Source: Paraspadella gotoi
Taxonomy: Eukaryota; Animalia; Chaetognatha
Assembly: GCA_051294375.1 (NCBI GenBank)
Contig: CM119264.1
Coordinates: 11,816,392 to 11,880,391 of the forward strand
Direction: 5' to 3'
Length of the DNA stretch: 64,000 nt
In this document: positions 51,788-64,000 of the stretch, one piece after another
How the letters are laid out: each line of letters starts with the position of its first letter
Numbering within the stretch: the stretch's first letter is position 1
Program-made: the position numbers and the translations under genes
The notes under the pieces: generated by a model
What the model was told of the DNA's origin: nothing
Databases searched by the model: none
What the model saw: only the letters and a program-made list of their open reading frames with translations

Positions 51788-53617
51788 TAGAAGCAAAAAA
51801 TAAATTTGGTTGATGTTTCATGATGCTCGTTTAAAATGTCATTGATAAAAACTTTTCAAAAAATTTTTTTTTAAAAAACCGGTATTAACAAATCTTCTAT
51901 AAACGGGTCATAAAGAAACTGTGGATAAGGCGCGAAGTGAGCTGTAGACTACTATCTAGTAACTTCTAGGCCTCCTCGGCAGCCATGAAACGGGTCGTGG
52001 GCTTGGAACCATGCATAGGGGTTTTCCAGACCCCCAAGGCGGTTTACGGCCGTCCTCACTCTTCCCGCAGGGTAGATACCGGTAGATACCCGGTACCTAA
52101 TAATCATGAGCTTTTACTCAATAAGCAACCGGGTCATACTTATAGGTGGGGTGAACTTATGCAATACCCGACTACAAAACTATAGTGAACTTTCATAAAC
52201 AAATATATTATTATATATTAACTAATTCGCAGTTTCCTTTAATTCCGTTTCAGATTTTTACGGATAAACAACTCGCGGAATTTCTCCCCGATTCTTTTCC
52301 GTCGCCAAAAAAAAATTTAAAAAAATGGGAACCAGTGAATGAAACCAATTTCTTTCAATCCTCAAGAAGCAATTCGTGAACAATCGGTTCTCTCTCTTTA
52401 CTTCTTTACGACCGCTCGACTCACATAAAAAAAAAAGCCTCATTCACCGACTGATTCAAAGTAACGAGAGTGAAAGACCCAATTAGAGTGCGAGACACCG
52501 AGTGGGTGTCAAATCTAGAGAGGGTGCGAGGAGCCAATTTATCTTGCGGCCAACAGAGACAATCAGGCTTCATACCGGAGCTCGTTTGTGAGAAGGCAAT
52601 CGATCAGTCAATCAATCGACGAGGATGGCAAAGGATAACGCTTAGTTTTAGAAAAGCAAAACTTTAAATATTCATCCTAATTTTATGCTTAATCATAATG
52701 AAGTCCTCAAGAAAAGTAAACAAAGTGAAAGCGAAAGTTGGCGCATTTCAACATTAAACTTAAGCGCTGCATTGTAACTCAGCAAAGAAAAAAAATGAAG
52801 ACAATGAAGGTGCGAGTCTAAAGCGGCGCGCGACGAAGAGCGCGAAACCCAACGAGCCTGATGGACCTGGAGATAGTGAGAGATGGAGAGATAGAGAGAG
52901 AGACGGAGAATGAGAGAATGAAGGTGATGGAGTGAGACAGAGTGCGGGAGAAAGTGCGAGGTCGAAACCGCGCGCTTGGTGTTTCTTTTGTTTCTCTCCC
53001 CATATCTTTTCTCTCCCCTCTCCCTGCTCTCTTCTCTCTTCTCTCTTCATTCTCTCCTCTCTCTCATTTCTCTCTTCCCTCTCTTCTCTCCTCTCTCCCG
53101 CTCTCGCTCTCGCCTACTGCGCTCTGNNNNNNNNNNNNNNNNNNNNNNNNNNNNNNNNNNNNNNNNNNNNNNNNNNNNNNNNNNAAAAAAAAACCATTTG
53201 TTTCAAAGAGCGCAACGGTGGCCATCCCTGTCACCTCGGGTTGATAAGTGTCCCGACTAAGTGGATCCAGGGGACATCCGCTCCAGCACCGGACACGCGT
53301 ACAACCTTTGTCCGGACTCCATCCCTCCCCCGCTATCCCTCACCCGCTGAAGTCATTCGATGGGTTCGAGAACATTTTTCATCCTTCATCGAATCTCGCC
53401 GACGTTTGTCTTTCGTTTATTAACGAATCGACGGATGAGCGGGAAAANNNNNNNNNNNNNNNNNNNNNNNNNNNNNNNNNNNNNNNNNNNNNNNNNNNNN
53501 NNNNNNNNNNNNNNNNNNNNNNNNNNNNNNNNNNNNNNNNNNNNNNNNNNNNNNNNNNNNNNNNNNNNNNNNNNNNNNNNNNNNNNNNNNNNNNNNNNNN
53601 NNNNNNNNNNNNNNNNN

Positions 53618-53651
<34 letters not shown>

Positions 53652-53838
53652 AAAAAACGAGGTCGTTTCCTTCGCCAAAGGAGAAACAAAAGGGAATCAC
53701 TTCCTCGTTAAAAATGCGATGGAGTTTTTTTTCCTCTTCTCCTTTCATGACGGTTTATGGCTTAAATCGAAGATTTTTTTTCTTTCTTTCTCTTTTTCTT
53801 ACTTTTTCTTTTCTTTTCCACACTTTCCTTTTCTTTTT

Positions 53839-54016
53839 CTCTTTCCATGACGTTTTCTTCCTTCCAATGAAGAAGCAAAAAATATTTTTTATATCAGCGA
53901 AGAAAACGAAAATCTTTTTTTAGCGTAAAATGTCACTTTATAATCTTTAAAAAATCTGCCAACGATACGTCAATTTCCTTAAATATGGTGGGGATAGTCT
54001 TAGTCTTCCTTTTTAT

Positions 54017-54048
<32 letters not shown>

Positions 54049-54416
54049 NNNNNNNNNNNNNNNNNNNNNNNNNNNNNNNNNNNNNNNNNNNNNNNNNNNN
54101 NNNNNNNNNNNNNNNNNNNNNNNNNNNNNNNNNNNNNNNNNNNNNNNNNNNNNNNNNNNNNNNNNNNNNNNNNNNNNNNNNNNNNNNNNNNNNGGTAGAG
54201 CATTCTAAGCAATCAATCAATATAAAGTATCATCCTACGGGCTCCCTTTTATTCTTGTTAAAAATATAAAATGTGAANNNNNNNNNNNNNNNNNNNNNNN
54301 NNNNNNNNNNNNNNNNNNNNNNNNNNNNNNNNNNNNNNNNNNNNNNNNNNNNNNNNNNNNNNNNNNNNNNNNNNNNNNNNNNNNNNNNNNNNNNNNNNNN
54401 NNNNNNNNNNNNNNNN

Positions 54417-54448
<32 letters not shown>

Positions 54449-56333
54449 CTTTGCCGCGCGGTTTGGTCGAGGCTTTTTCCCTCGCGTTCCCGGATGGAAT
54501 CGATATTCCCCCATTGTTTCCATGGCAACCCCACCTCTAGCCACGCCTCTCCTCATTAACTTCATTGTTCTGTGGAGTTTTTTTTCTTGTCGTTTTTCGC
54601 GTCATTGTTGCGAGGCTGACGAGAACACCATTACGATTAGCACCGTCTTTCGCCCAAATGACTGCTGCTTACCTTCAGAACCTGACTAACCCTACCTTAA
54701 TTCGCCCTAACATTTTCGACCTTACCAAAACTCGGTGACAGATCGGCGAGGCCAAAGGGACAGAACCGATGGAACAAAGGAAATGTAGAAGAAAATGGAT
54801 TAGAAAGATCGCGATGGAAAGATCAGAGCGGATGGAGAAGACAGATTTTAAAGCAAGTATTGGGCATTTAATAATTAATATGCTTTATATAATTCCGAGA
54901 ATATTACAAAACTTTCATACAACTTTGTTAAAAAGCTTATTTGAGCGCAAGCGGCACTTTTTTCATCGAAGCCCCCTTGCTGCGGCTCCTGAAGCAGCGG
55001 ACTCAAACACACGCACAAAACTTGTCTCTTTTGCTGCTTCCAACGTCGTTTTATGTTTAAAAAAAACATACTTTGAGATCATTACATCTAGATCTCGAGA
55101 AAAGGTCATGGTTGAATAGAGAGTTATCGAATCCTCTCCTTTCGCGAATGGCGACCAAAAAGGTCAACAGTTAGAATCAAGGACGCAAGATTTGTCCGCG
55201 GATTCGAGAAAAGCGGAAATCCGGGTTGGAGGGAGGTGAGAGGGAAAAGCCCGGATGTAAGAGGGAAGAGAGAAAAGTTTTTTTTCCGCCGATAGGAGCA
55301 GGGATTAAGGAGCGGGGTCCTGACCGAAGGAGACGGTGTCGCGAAGGAGCAAAGACAACCTCATTATTCATTCCGAGCAAAGGTTTCCTCGTCTCTTCTG
55401 ACCCTTTTTACGCGCGGACGCGTCTAGGTGCGAACGCGCGCGACACTCTCTTCTCTCAAATCGTGACATTCCCTTCGTTGCCCATTTATTTCGCTTCCCA
55501 AGGAATGCCTATGGAAAAGAGTATACTGATACAGATACAGTAATTATTATATATATTAATTATTATATTATACAAGCAGTCCCTGAGCTTCGAATCAGGC
55601 TTACAGGAGGGTTAAGCGCCCCGTACCTCTTTGACTGCCAGACGACCACCGGCTAGAACCCCGGACTTATTGGGTTGGGAGGCGAATGACTTGCCTCCGG
55701 CAATGGCGGCTGATGAACGGTTGGTGGATTTTAGTCCATCATAATACGTTTATACTTGTTGCAGAAATTACAATCATCACCAAGATATTTCTTTTATTCA
55801 GGTGCCGCTCAGGAGGCAATAACCGGACAGTTTTTAAATCGCTCAATAAATTGATCATGAAAATAAATATTATCAATTTTAATGAAGTTTTTAAAACCTC
55901 ATAGTGGAGTGCAGTACAAAAAAAAAGATATTTAATGATTTTCCATACATATATTTCGAGATGTTTAAAAATTGAATTATATTTTTCCTTTTTATTCTTA
56001 TTTTTTCCTCCGGTTTTTTTTTCAGTTCGTTTTTTTTAAATTTCATTTATTCCCTTCCCGCGCTCGGAGACATGGTCTCCCCCCCGCTCCCGTTGATTGT
56101 TTTTTAACAAGGGACCCCGTAAAGCGTGAGGGGGGGTGGGAATGCATGGGGTGGGAGAGGGAGGGGGAGACGGTGAGCGTCACCGTCATCAGAGTCCTCG
56201 CGTCTTTAAAAATCAATTGACCCGCCATCGTTTGTGACGACCTCGCCACGCCTACTCTCTCTCTCTCTCTCAAAAAAGGACGTGAAAGGGCGAGAAAGAG
56301 AGAGAGGAGAAGGAGAGAGAGAGAGAGAGAGAG

Positions 56334-56373
<40 letters not shown>

Positions 56374-58257
56374 GCGTGCGGAGGTCGTCACAAAATGGCG
56401 GGTCAATGATTTTTAAAGACGCGAGGACTCTGATGACGGTGACGCTCACCGTCTCCCCCTCCCTCTCCCACCCCATGCAGTTCCCACCCCCGCCTCAACG
56501 CTTTTACGGGGTCCCTTGTTAAAAACAATCAACGGGAGCGGGGGAGACATGTCTCCGAGCGCGGGAAGGGAAATAAATGAAATTAAAAAAAAACGAACTG
56601 AAAAAAAAAACCCAGGAGGACAAAAAATAAGAATAAAAGGAAAAATAAAATTCATTTTTAGAAAACATCTCGAAATATATGTATGGAATAACCATTAAAT
56701 TTTTTTTTGTACTGCACTCCACTATGAGTTTTAAAACTTCATAAAATCTGATAAATTTTATTTTCATTGATCCAATTTATTGAGCGGATTTAAAAACTGT
56801 CCGGCTTATTGCCTCCTGAGCGGACCTGAATAAAAGAAATAATCTTGTGATGATGGTAATTCTGCAACAAGTATAAAACGTATTATGATGGACTAAAATC
56901 CACCAACCGTTTCAATCAGCCGCCATTGGTGCGGAGGCAAGTCATTCGCCTCGCCAACCCAATAAGTCCGGGGTTCTAGCCGCGGTGGTCGTCTGGCAGT
57001 ACGAAGGTACGGGGCGCTAACCTCTGTAACAATGGTGTTACAGCCTGATCCGAAGTTCAGGGGACTGGCTTGTATAATTAATAATTAATATATATAATAA
57101 TTACTGATCTGATAATCAGTGATACTCTTTCCATAGGCAATTCCCTTGGGAGCGAAATCAAATGGGCAACCGAAGGAATGTCTAACGATTTGAGAGAAGA
57201 GATCGATCGCGCGCGTTCGCACCTAGACGCGTCCCGCGCGTAAAAAGGGCAGAAGAGACGAGGAAACCTTTGGCTCGGAAATGAATAATGAGGTTGTCTT
57301 GCTCCTTCGCGAACAAACCGTCTCCTTCGTCAGGACCCGCTCCTTTAATCCCTGCCTCTCTATCGGCGAAAAAAAACTTTCTCTCTTCTCTCTTACATCC
57401 GGGCTTTCCCTCTCACGAGACCTCCTCCATACCCGGATTTCCGCTTTTCTCGATCGCGGCGGACAAATCTTTGCCGTCCCTTGGATTCTTAACTGTTGAC
57501 CTTTTTGGTTCGCCATTCGCCGAAAGGAGAGGATTCGATAAACTCTCTATTCAACCATGACGCTTTTTCTCGCAGATCCTAGATGTAATGATCTCAAAAG
57601 TTATGTTTTTTTTAACATTAAAACGAACGTTGGCGAAGCAGCAAAGAGACAAGTTTTGTGCCGTGTGTTTGAGTCCGCTAGCTTCGGAGCGAGCCGCAGC
57701 ATAGGGGGGCTTCGATGAAAAAAAGTGCGCTTGCGCTTCAAATAAGCTTTTTAACAAAGTTGTAGTGAAAAGGTTTGTAATTATTTCTCGGAATATTATA
57801 AGCATATTAATTATTAATATGCCCATACTTGCGTTTAAAATCTAGATCTTCTCCATCCCTCTGATCTTTCCATCGCGATCTTTCTAAATCCATTTTCCTT
57901 CTACATTTCCTTTGTTGCCAGCGGTTTCTGTCCCTTTGGCCTCGCCGATCTGTCACCGAGTTTTGGTAAGGTTCGAAAATGTTAGGGCGAATTAAGGTAG
58001 GGTTAGTCGGTTCTGAAGTAAGCAGCAGTCAAAATTTTGGGGGCCAAAGAGTGCTAATCGCTATGGTGGTTTCTCGTCAGCCACTCGCACAGACGCGAAA
58101 AACGACAAGAAAAAAACTCCACAGAACAATGAAGTAATGAGAGAGGCGTGGCTAGAGGTGGGTTGCCATGGAAACAATTGGGGAATATCGATTCCATCCG
58201 GAACGCGAGGGAAAAAGCCTCGGGACCAACCGGCGAGCGGCAAAGAGCTCCATCTCT

Positions 58258-58316
<59 letters not shown>

Positions 58317-58529
58317 GCTCTCTCTCTCTCTCACGTGCTTCTGTCTCACCTCTCTTGCTCCCTCTTGTTTCTCTCCGTGGATTTCACATTTTATATTTAA
58401 CCAAGAATGAAATAGGGAGCCCCGATAGGATGATACTTTTATATGGATTGATTGCTTAGAAATGCTCTACCTTTTTAGTGATCAAAAAATGGTGGGATTG
58501 ACAGTTAAAAAATAAGAAAGAGAGAGATC

Positions 58530-58561
<32 letters not shown>

Positions 58562-58742
58562 TAAAATAAAAGAAGACTAAGACTATCCCCACCATATTTA
58601 AGGAATTGACGTATCTGTTGGCAAGAATTTTTAAAAGATTATAAAGTGGACATTTTACGCAAAAAAAATTTTCCGTTTTCTCGCTGCATATAAAATTTTT
58701 TGCTTCTTATTGAAAAGGAAGAAAAAACGTCCATGGAAAGAG
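53839..58742. repeat. Fold-back inverted duplication (arms ~53839-56271 and ~56296-58742)
   Basis: Arms are reverse complements. Centre CTCTCTCTCAAAAAAGGACGTGAAAGGGCGAGAAAGAGAGAGA resembles a noisy SMRTbell adapter. The right arm ends just before the 25-N gap 58776-58800. Confidence 0.92.
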
Positions 58743-58800
58743 CCTACTCAATACTGCGATCATCCTCTCTCTGGGNNNNNNNNNNNNNNNNNNNNNNNNN

Positions 58801-59132
58801 CCTTCCGCAAGCCGGCGCGTCCTTCCGACGGCGTCCTTCAGCCGGGGTCTTTGAACGGCGTCGATGACGAAGAGACGTGACTGAAGTACGAATTCGGCGT
58901 CGAAATAAAACAATGGGCGCCGGCGACGCCGATAACGCCGCGTGGAACTGAATGCTGACGTCAGTGCCGACGCTGACAAAACCGACGATGACGACGACGA
59001 CGACGACGTCAAAAAAGATTTGACTGGAGTTAATCCATAAAATGATTTTTCGTGAGATTTATGTAATTTGAATCTTTCTCTCGCAGCTGTGGACCCCGGG
59101 TTTAATTTGGTCTTTCTCCGTCTGCGTTTCCT
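58801..59132 (-). CDS. Possible upstream coding exon fragment (cut by gap)
   Basis: ~110 open codons ...KSFLTSSSSSSSSVLSASALTSAFSSTRRYRRRRRPLFYFDAEFVLQSRLFVIDAVQRPRLKDAVGRTRRLAE. GC-rich, same strand as the receptor-like gene. Splice sites not established. Confidence 0.3.
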
Positions 59133-61232
59133 CTACGCACTCCATTTTTTTAATCCCTTTTTTTTTTTAGTAACGGGCACAGCAGTGACTCTATGAGAAA
59201 CTTTTCTCTCTGTCTTGACTGTCTGAATTGATTCAAATATAGTAATAGTATTTAAAAAAAAAAGAAAGAAACAAGAGTACTCAAAGATGATATAAGCGAT
59301 TGAAGCAAATTTTCGTGACACTAGTTCAGTCGATAAGGGGATTTTGGTGTTTTTGTTTTTTTTTTGTTTTTTTTCTTGATATTGACGAGTTTAGGTTCCT
59401 CCCATTTTTTTATTTTCACTTACTACTTTTTTTCTGTTTCTTCACATCCGTCAAAAAAAGTTTGTTTTTTTTTCATCTCCATCACAGCTCATGACAGAAT
59501 TATCTGTACTCGGTCCCAGGTGCGTCCAGCTTTTTCTTACTAATTAAGTCTCATTTCACGCTCTCGTTCGTACGGCTCTCTCTCTCTCTCCTCTCTCTCT
59601 CCTCTCTCTCTCTCTCTTCTCCTCTCATCTCTCTCTCTCTCTCTTCTCTCAAACGTAAAAGCTGAAAACAAATGGACTACAATATAAAAAAGTTTTTTTC
59701 TTATTGCATTTAACTTATATTTTTCGGTATTTGTCACCTTTGTTGGGTGGCTGATTAAACATCATTGTTATTGTTATTATTGTTATTATTAATATTATTG
59801 TTATTATTTCCTTCCGTTTTATTTCAAAAAAAGTTATAATTATATATTTGTTTCAAAAATCAGTAACAGCTTGGAAGTAGAGAAAATGATGTTTAGCTTG
59901 GAGATAATAAAAATAGAGGCCAACAAATGCTTCGAGAAAGAAGAAAGAAGATTGAAAAAAGCTAAAAATTATAAGGGGCTCCCGCGAGCAACTTTGATTC
60001 TCAAAACTTGAAATGCTCTTAAAGCAGACATAATAATTTTTGGGCGGCATTTTTATTCCAAGAATTCTCGAGATGCTTCAAGCTTTAACTGGTTTTCCGG
60101 AAAAAGGATAACAGTGGGTTGGCAAAAAAGGGAGATGCAAGGACAAGTAGGATAAGAGTGTTAAAGCGAAAAGGTACGGAGGAACGAAGTAAAAGAATAA
60201 AATGACCTCGAAAGTCGAAAGGATAATCGAAGAAAGACTCTCAAGACCTTGATGTCAATGACAATACTATTGTACGAGGCTTTGGAGAAAGTTCCAAGAC
60301 TATTAACCTCCAATTACTATACTACTACAAACAAAAATGTAAAGAATTTTATTTTACTTGTGTGTACGACTGTACGTATTGTTTTTCTCTCCATCGAAAC
60401 ATGCGTTCGATTTTCTCTCAACGTCATTGGGATTTTTTTTCCTGCGAGCGGTTTTGGAGAAGCTTCAAAGGGGCACAAAGGGGCACAAAGGGGGTCTCCA
60501 GAGGGAAACAAAGCGGGCAAAGGGGCGCCAATGAGTTCAAAGTGCCTCCAGGGGGGGGCGCGTTCGCTAAAAGGGCGAGGAACCGGGAAAGAGAGGGCGA
60601 AGGAGGGGGGGAAAAGAGAATGCGAGGCGCGATAAAAATTCGCTTCCTCCAAACAAAACAAGAAAGAAGAGACGAGTGGGGGCGGGCTTGGGGGGGAGGA
60701 GTCTGGGAAGGAAAGAAGAAGAAATAAAAATTGGATGAAAAAGCTAAAAGCGTCCGTCGTGAGTGAATAAAAAAATAAAAACCAAAAAAAAAAGAAAAAT
60801 ACAATTTAAAAATAAAACAACCTCGCACAGAAAATGGAGGCCGAACGAAATCGAAAAATCCTCTTTTCTTATTTATTGTATTTACGTCTGAAATGATGAA
60901 AAAATGTAAAAAATAAAAAAACAAACAAGAAAGGATAAAAGGCTCTCTCGTTCGTTTGTACAGTATTTTTTTGGAATGTACTAAAGAAAGAACTCGACCC
61001 TAAACGCAACCTTTACCTTGCCCCCAAAATCCACCCAAAACCACTTGGGGCCCCCTTTAAAGAATTCGGCCTCTTCTGGAGGCCAACCCGTTAACAGAAT
61101 CAGAGACAGTCGTGTCTCGAGCAAAAACACTTTGATTAAACTCTCTCGAAAAGCGCAAAAAATATAGAAAAACATTGCGCCTCGTGTCTGTCTGTCTCTC
61201 TCTCTCACTTTCTTTCATTCTCTCTGTCTCTG

Positions 61233-61318
<86 letters not shown>

Positions 61319-62484
61319 TTTTTCCATTTCTTTCCCACGTCCTTATCATCCGCCGCTTCCAAACTTTGGCGCCATCTTCGTCTTCTACTTTTTCTTTATT
61401 CTCTTTCTCTTCTCTATCGACTTCGTCGAAGAAAAATGCCGCACCTTTCGACAGCAGCCTCTTTTTTTAGATTCGAGAATCTTTACTCACCCATCCACGA
61501 ATCCACTCACTGGGCCCTTACCCTTAACTCACTCTGGTCTATCTCTTCCTATCACCCATCCTTTCTCAAGCCACGGCGATACCTCGCCACGACGGGATCG
61601 TACCCTTCTCGCCAATAACCTCCCATCGTTAAATCGTGCTATTTCTCTCTCTCTCTCTCTCTCTGTTCTCACCCTCATAACCTTTAACCTTTCGCGCTTA
61701 CCCTCCTAGATTCTCTTCGCCTTTCACGTTTATAACTTTTTTTGGTGAAAAAGAAACACGAAAATCACTTTGAGACAGTCGATGGCTCTTTCCCTTTCAA
61801 CGTTCGAGGCGCTGACAGAACAGACTTCTTCGTTTTTACACGTAGATATATATCCTCCTAAAATAGAGCGACCTAAACCTTTTTTCTACGCTGCCTCTCT
61901 CTCCCCTCCCCGCACGCCCTCTTCTTTGATTTCTCCCTTACCCCCCTTTCTCTTCCTCACGGAGCCAAGCCGCGCCGAGAAACGGTGGCGCTTTGTTCAT
62001 CGTCTTCCTGACCGCGGGAGGCCGTCCGGCCTCTTTCTTCTTTTCGGCGTCGATTCTACCCGATTTTTTTATCGGTTTGTTTTTATTTTTTTGCGTTTAT
62101 TTTTTGTAACACTATATTTTTTAAAGATAGTTCTACTTTTAATTTTTATTTCATTTTACTTTATTTTTTACATATTCCGGTCACTTTCTAGAAAAAACAT
62201 AAAACTATTTCGAATGGAAAACTAAATCGATATATAGTAGCTAAAAATAAACGAGACGTTGTTTGCCTTCGAGAAACATGTTTTGTTGAGTTCTTTCGCT
62301 TGTTAATTGAGCGTGGGCGTGGCTTTGTTAGCCTTTTTTTTTCTAACATATTCATATTGCTACCTTTTCGTTGGTTTTCCTCAAATTACGGACGGCAGGC
62401 GGAACATAAAAAATGGAAAGACCAGATTATAGAGACCAAAGAAAAAAAGTTGAGATAGGAAAAAAAAAGGGAGAGAGGAGAGAG

Positions 62485-62564
<80 letters not shown>

Positions 62565-62573
62565 GAGAGAGAA

Positions 62574-62611
<38 letters not shown>

Positions 62612-64000
62612 TATTGGAGAGGATTTCGTTTTGGCAGCAGCTGTACTATTGGCTGAGAACGTACTCAAGGTCAAGGAAACCTAGCGGAGCAATGCCCCCC
62701 CACTGAGAAACAGCAAGACGCCGAAAACTTTTTTTTTATTCGCGGAAATTTCGTTGACTCGAGTTAATTCGGTGCAATCCCCTCTTCCTACTTCGTCTCT
62801 CTCTTCAAACCTCCATCCTTGGCTTCGTTCCTGAGCCCGGCCCTTGCCCGACTCCAGCCCTGGCCCGAGCCCCAGCACTTCCCCGTTTTTCATCTCCCCT
62901 GATTTACTTTGCGCGCGCAAATTCGGGCGCGACTTCCTTTCCCGACAAGGTCGAAAAACAACGACGACGACGACGACTACAACTACAAGGTCGATCGATT
63001 ATCATACGATTAAAGTCGTCGTCGTTTTCTCAGTCGTTAGCGTCGTCGCTCTGATTGGACGAGATTCTTTTCCGACGAGACTTTGATTGGAAAATAACGA
63101 AAACGACCATCGCCGTTGATAGTTCTCAATCTTTTCATCATTATAATGATTTTTTTTTACATATTTAATCCATCCGATTAAAATGCATTGCCATCCCTGT
63201 CTTCACAATGCCTGTTTTCGTAAGACGCCCACCAGTCCACCACCNNNNNNNNNNNNNNNNNNNNNNNNNNNNNNNNNNNNNNNNNNNNNNNNNNNNNNNN
63301 NNNNNNNNNNNNNNNNNNNNNNNNNNNNNNNNNNNNNNNNNNNNNNNNNNNNNNNNNNNNNNNNNNNNNNNNNNNNNNNNNNNNNNNNNNNNNNNNNNNN
63401 NNNNNNNNNNNNNNNNNNNNNNNNNNNNNNNNNNNNNNNNNNNNNNNNNNNNNNNNNNNNNNNNNNNNNNNNNNNNNNNNNNNNNNNNNNNNNNNNNNNN
63501 NNNNNNNNNNNNNNNAAAAAAAAAGGTTCATTTTATTTATGTCCTTTTTTCCGAAAGGTTTTCCTCTAAACTTCTTTCATAAATCATGTTTACCAATCCG
63601 CGAAGGATTTTAAGTGTTCAACCTTCCATTTTTACGAGAATCGACGCCTCCATGCATTTCAAGAGGCTCCGCTCTCTTCTCAAATACAATGCGCCTTTTT
63701 TTCTTTTTTTAAATGTTTTTCTTTCTTGGGCTTTTTTTTTTTGCAAAAAAGGTATCGACTATGGAAAAAAAATGAATACCAAAACTATTGTTTGCGTAAA
63801 TACTTGAATTCTTGAATTAAAAAAATATACTATTTAGTAAATAGTATATTGAGCGGTTTTTTTTTTTAATTCAAGAATTCAAAATTCAAAACCTTATGGA
63901 GAAATAATATACGAAATAACCATTTTGGCCCGAAAGCTCTGATTTCTACTCTTTCAAAGACCAGAACGAAACGAACTTTGTCGCCCACGAAAACGACGCC

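Noticed and set aside
55700-55760. Hammerhead core at CTGATGA (55710)
   Set aside because: No GAAA at the required position after the candidate stem II.

Overview
Eukaryotic, probably invertebrate animal, draft-assembly DNA. It is AT-rich, full of (AG)n/(CT)n microsatellites, and has GT-AG introns and twelve N gaps. Almost all ORF-track entries are microsatellite or N artefacts. Genes: (1) a two-exon + strand gene (22814-23186, 23309-25305) encoding an unusually long ~789-aa XK-related (Xkr/CED-8-like) multipass membrane protein; (2) a convergent multi-exon - strand gene, largely missed by the ORF track, encoding a single-pass type I membrane protein with Tyr motifs in its tail (exons from ~49448 down to ~28750). 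Mobile DNA: an hAT-type non-autonomous element with a perfect 8-bp TSD (114-1235), and a 2.2-kb TIR element (39705-41908) with nested inverted repeats that is present in only one of two copies of the same locus. About 20 kb of the window is redundant: one 7.5-kb tandem duplication and three inverted duplications. Each abuts a gap of exactly 25 N, carries indel-rich long-read-type noise and in places has PacBio-adapter-like remnants, so these are most likely gap-filling artefacts rather than biology. I found no convincing novel multi-gene system. The best leads are the extended XK protein, the unannotated receptor-like gene and the polymorphic nested transposon next to one of its splice sites.
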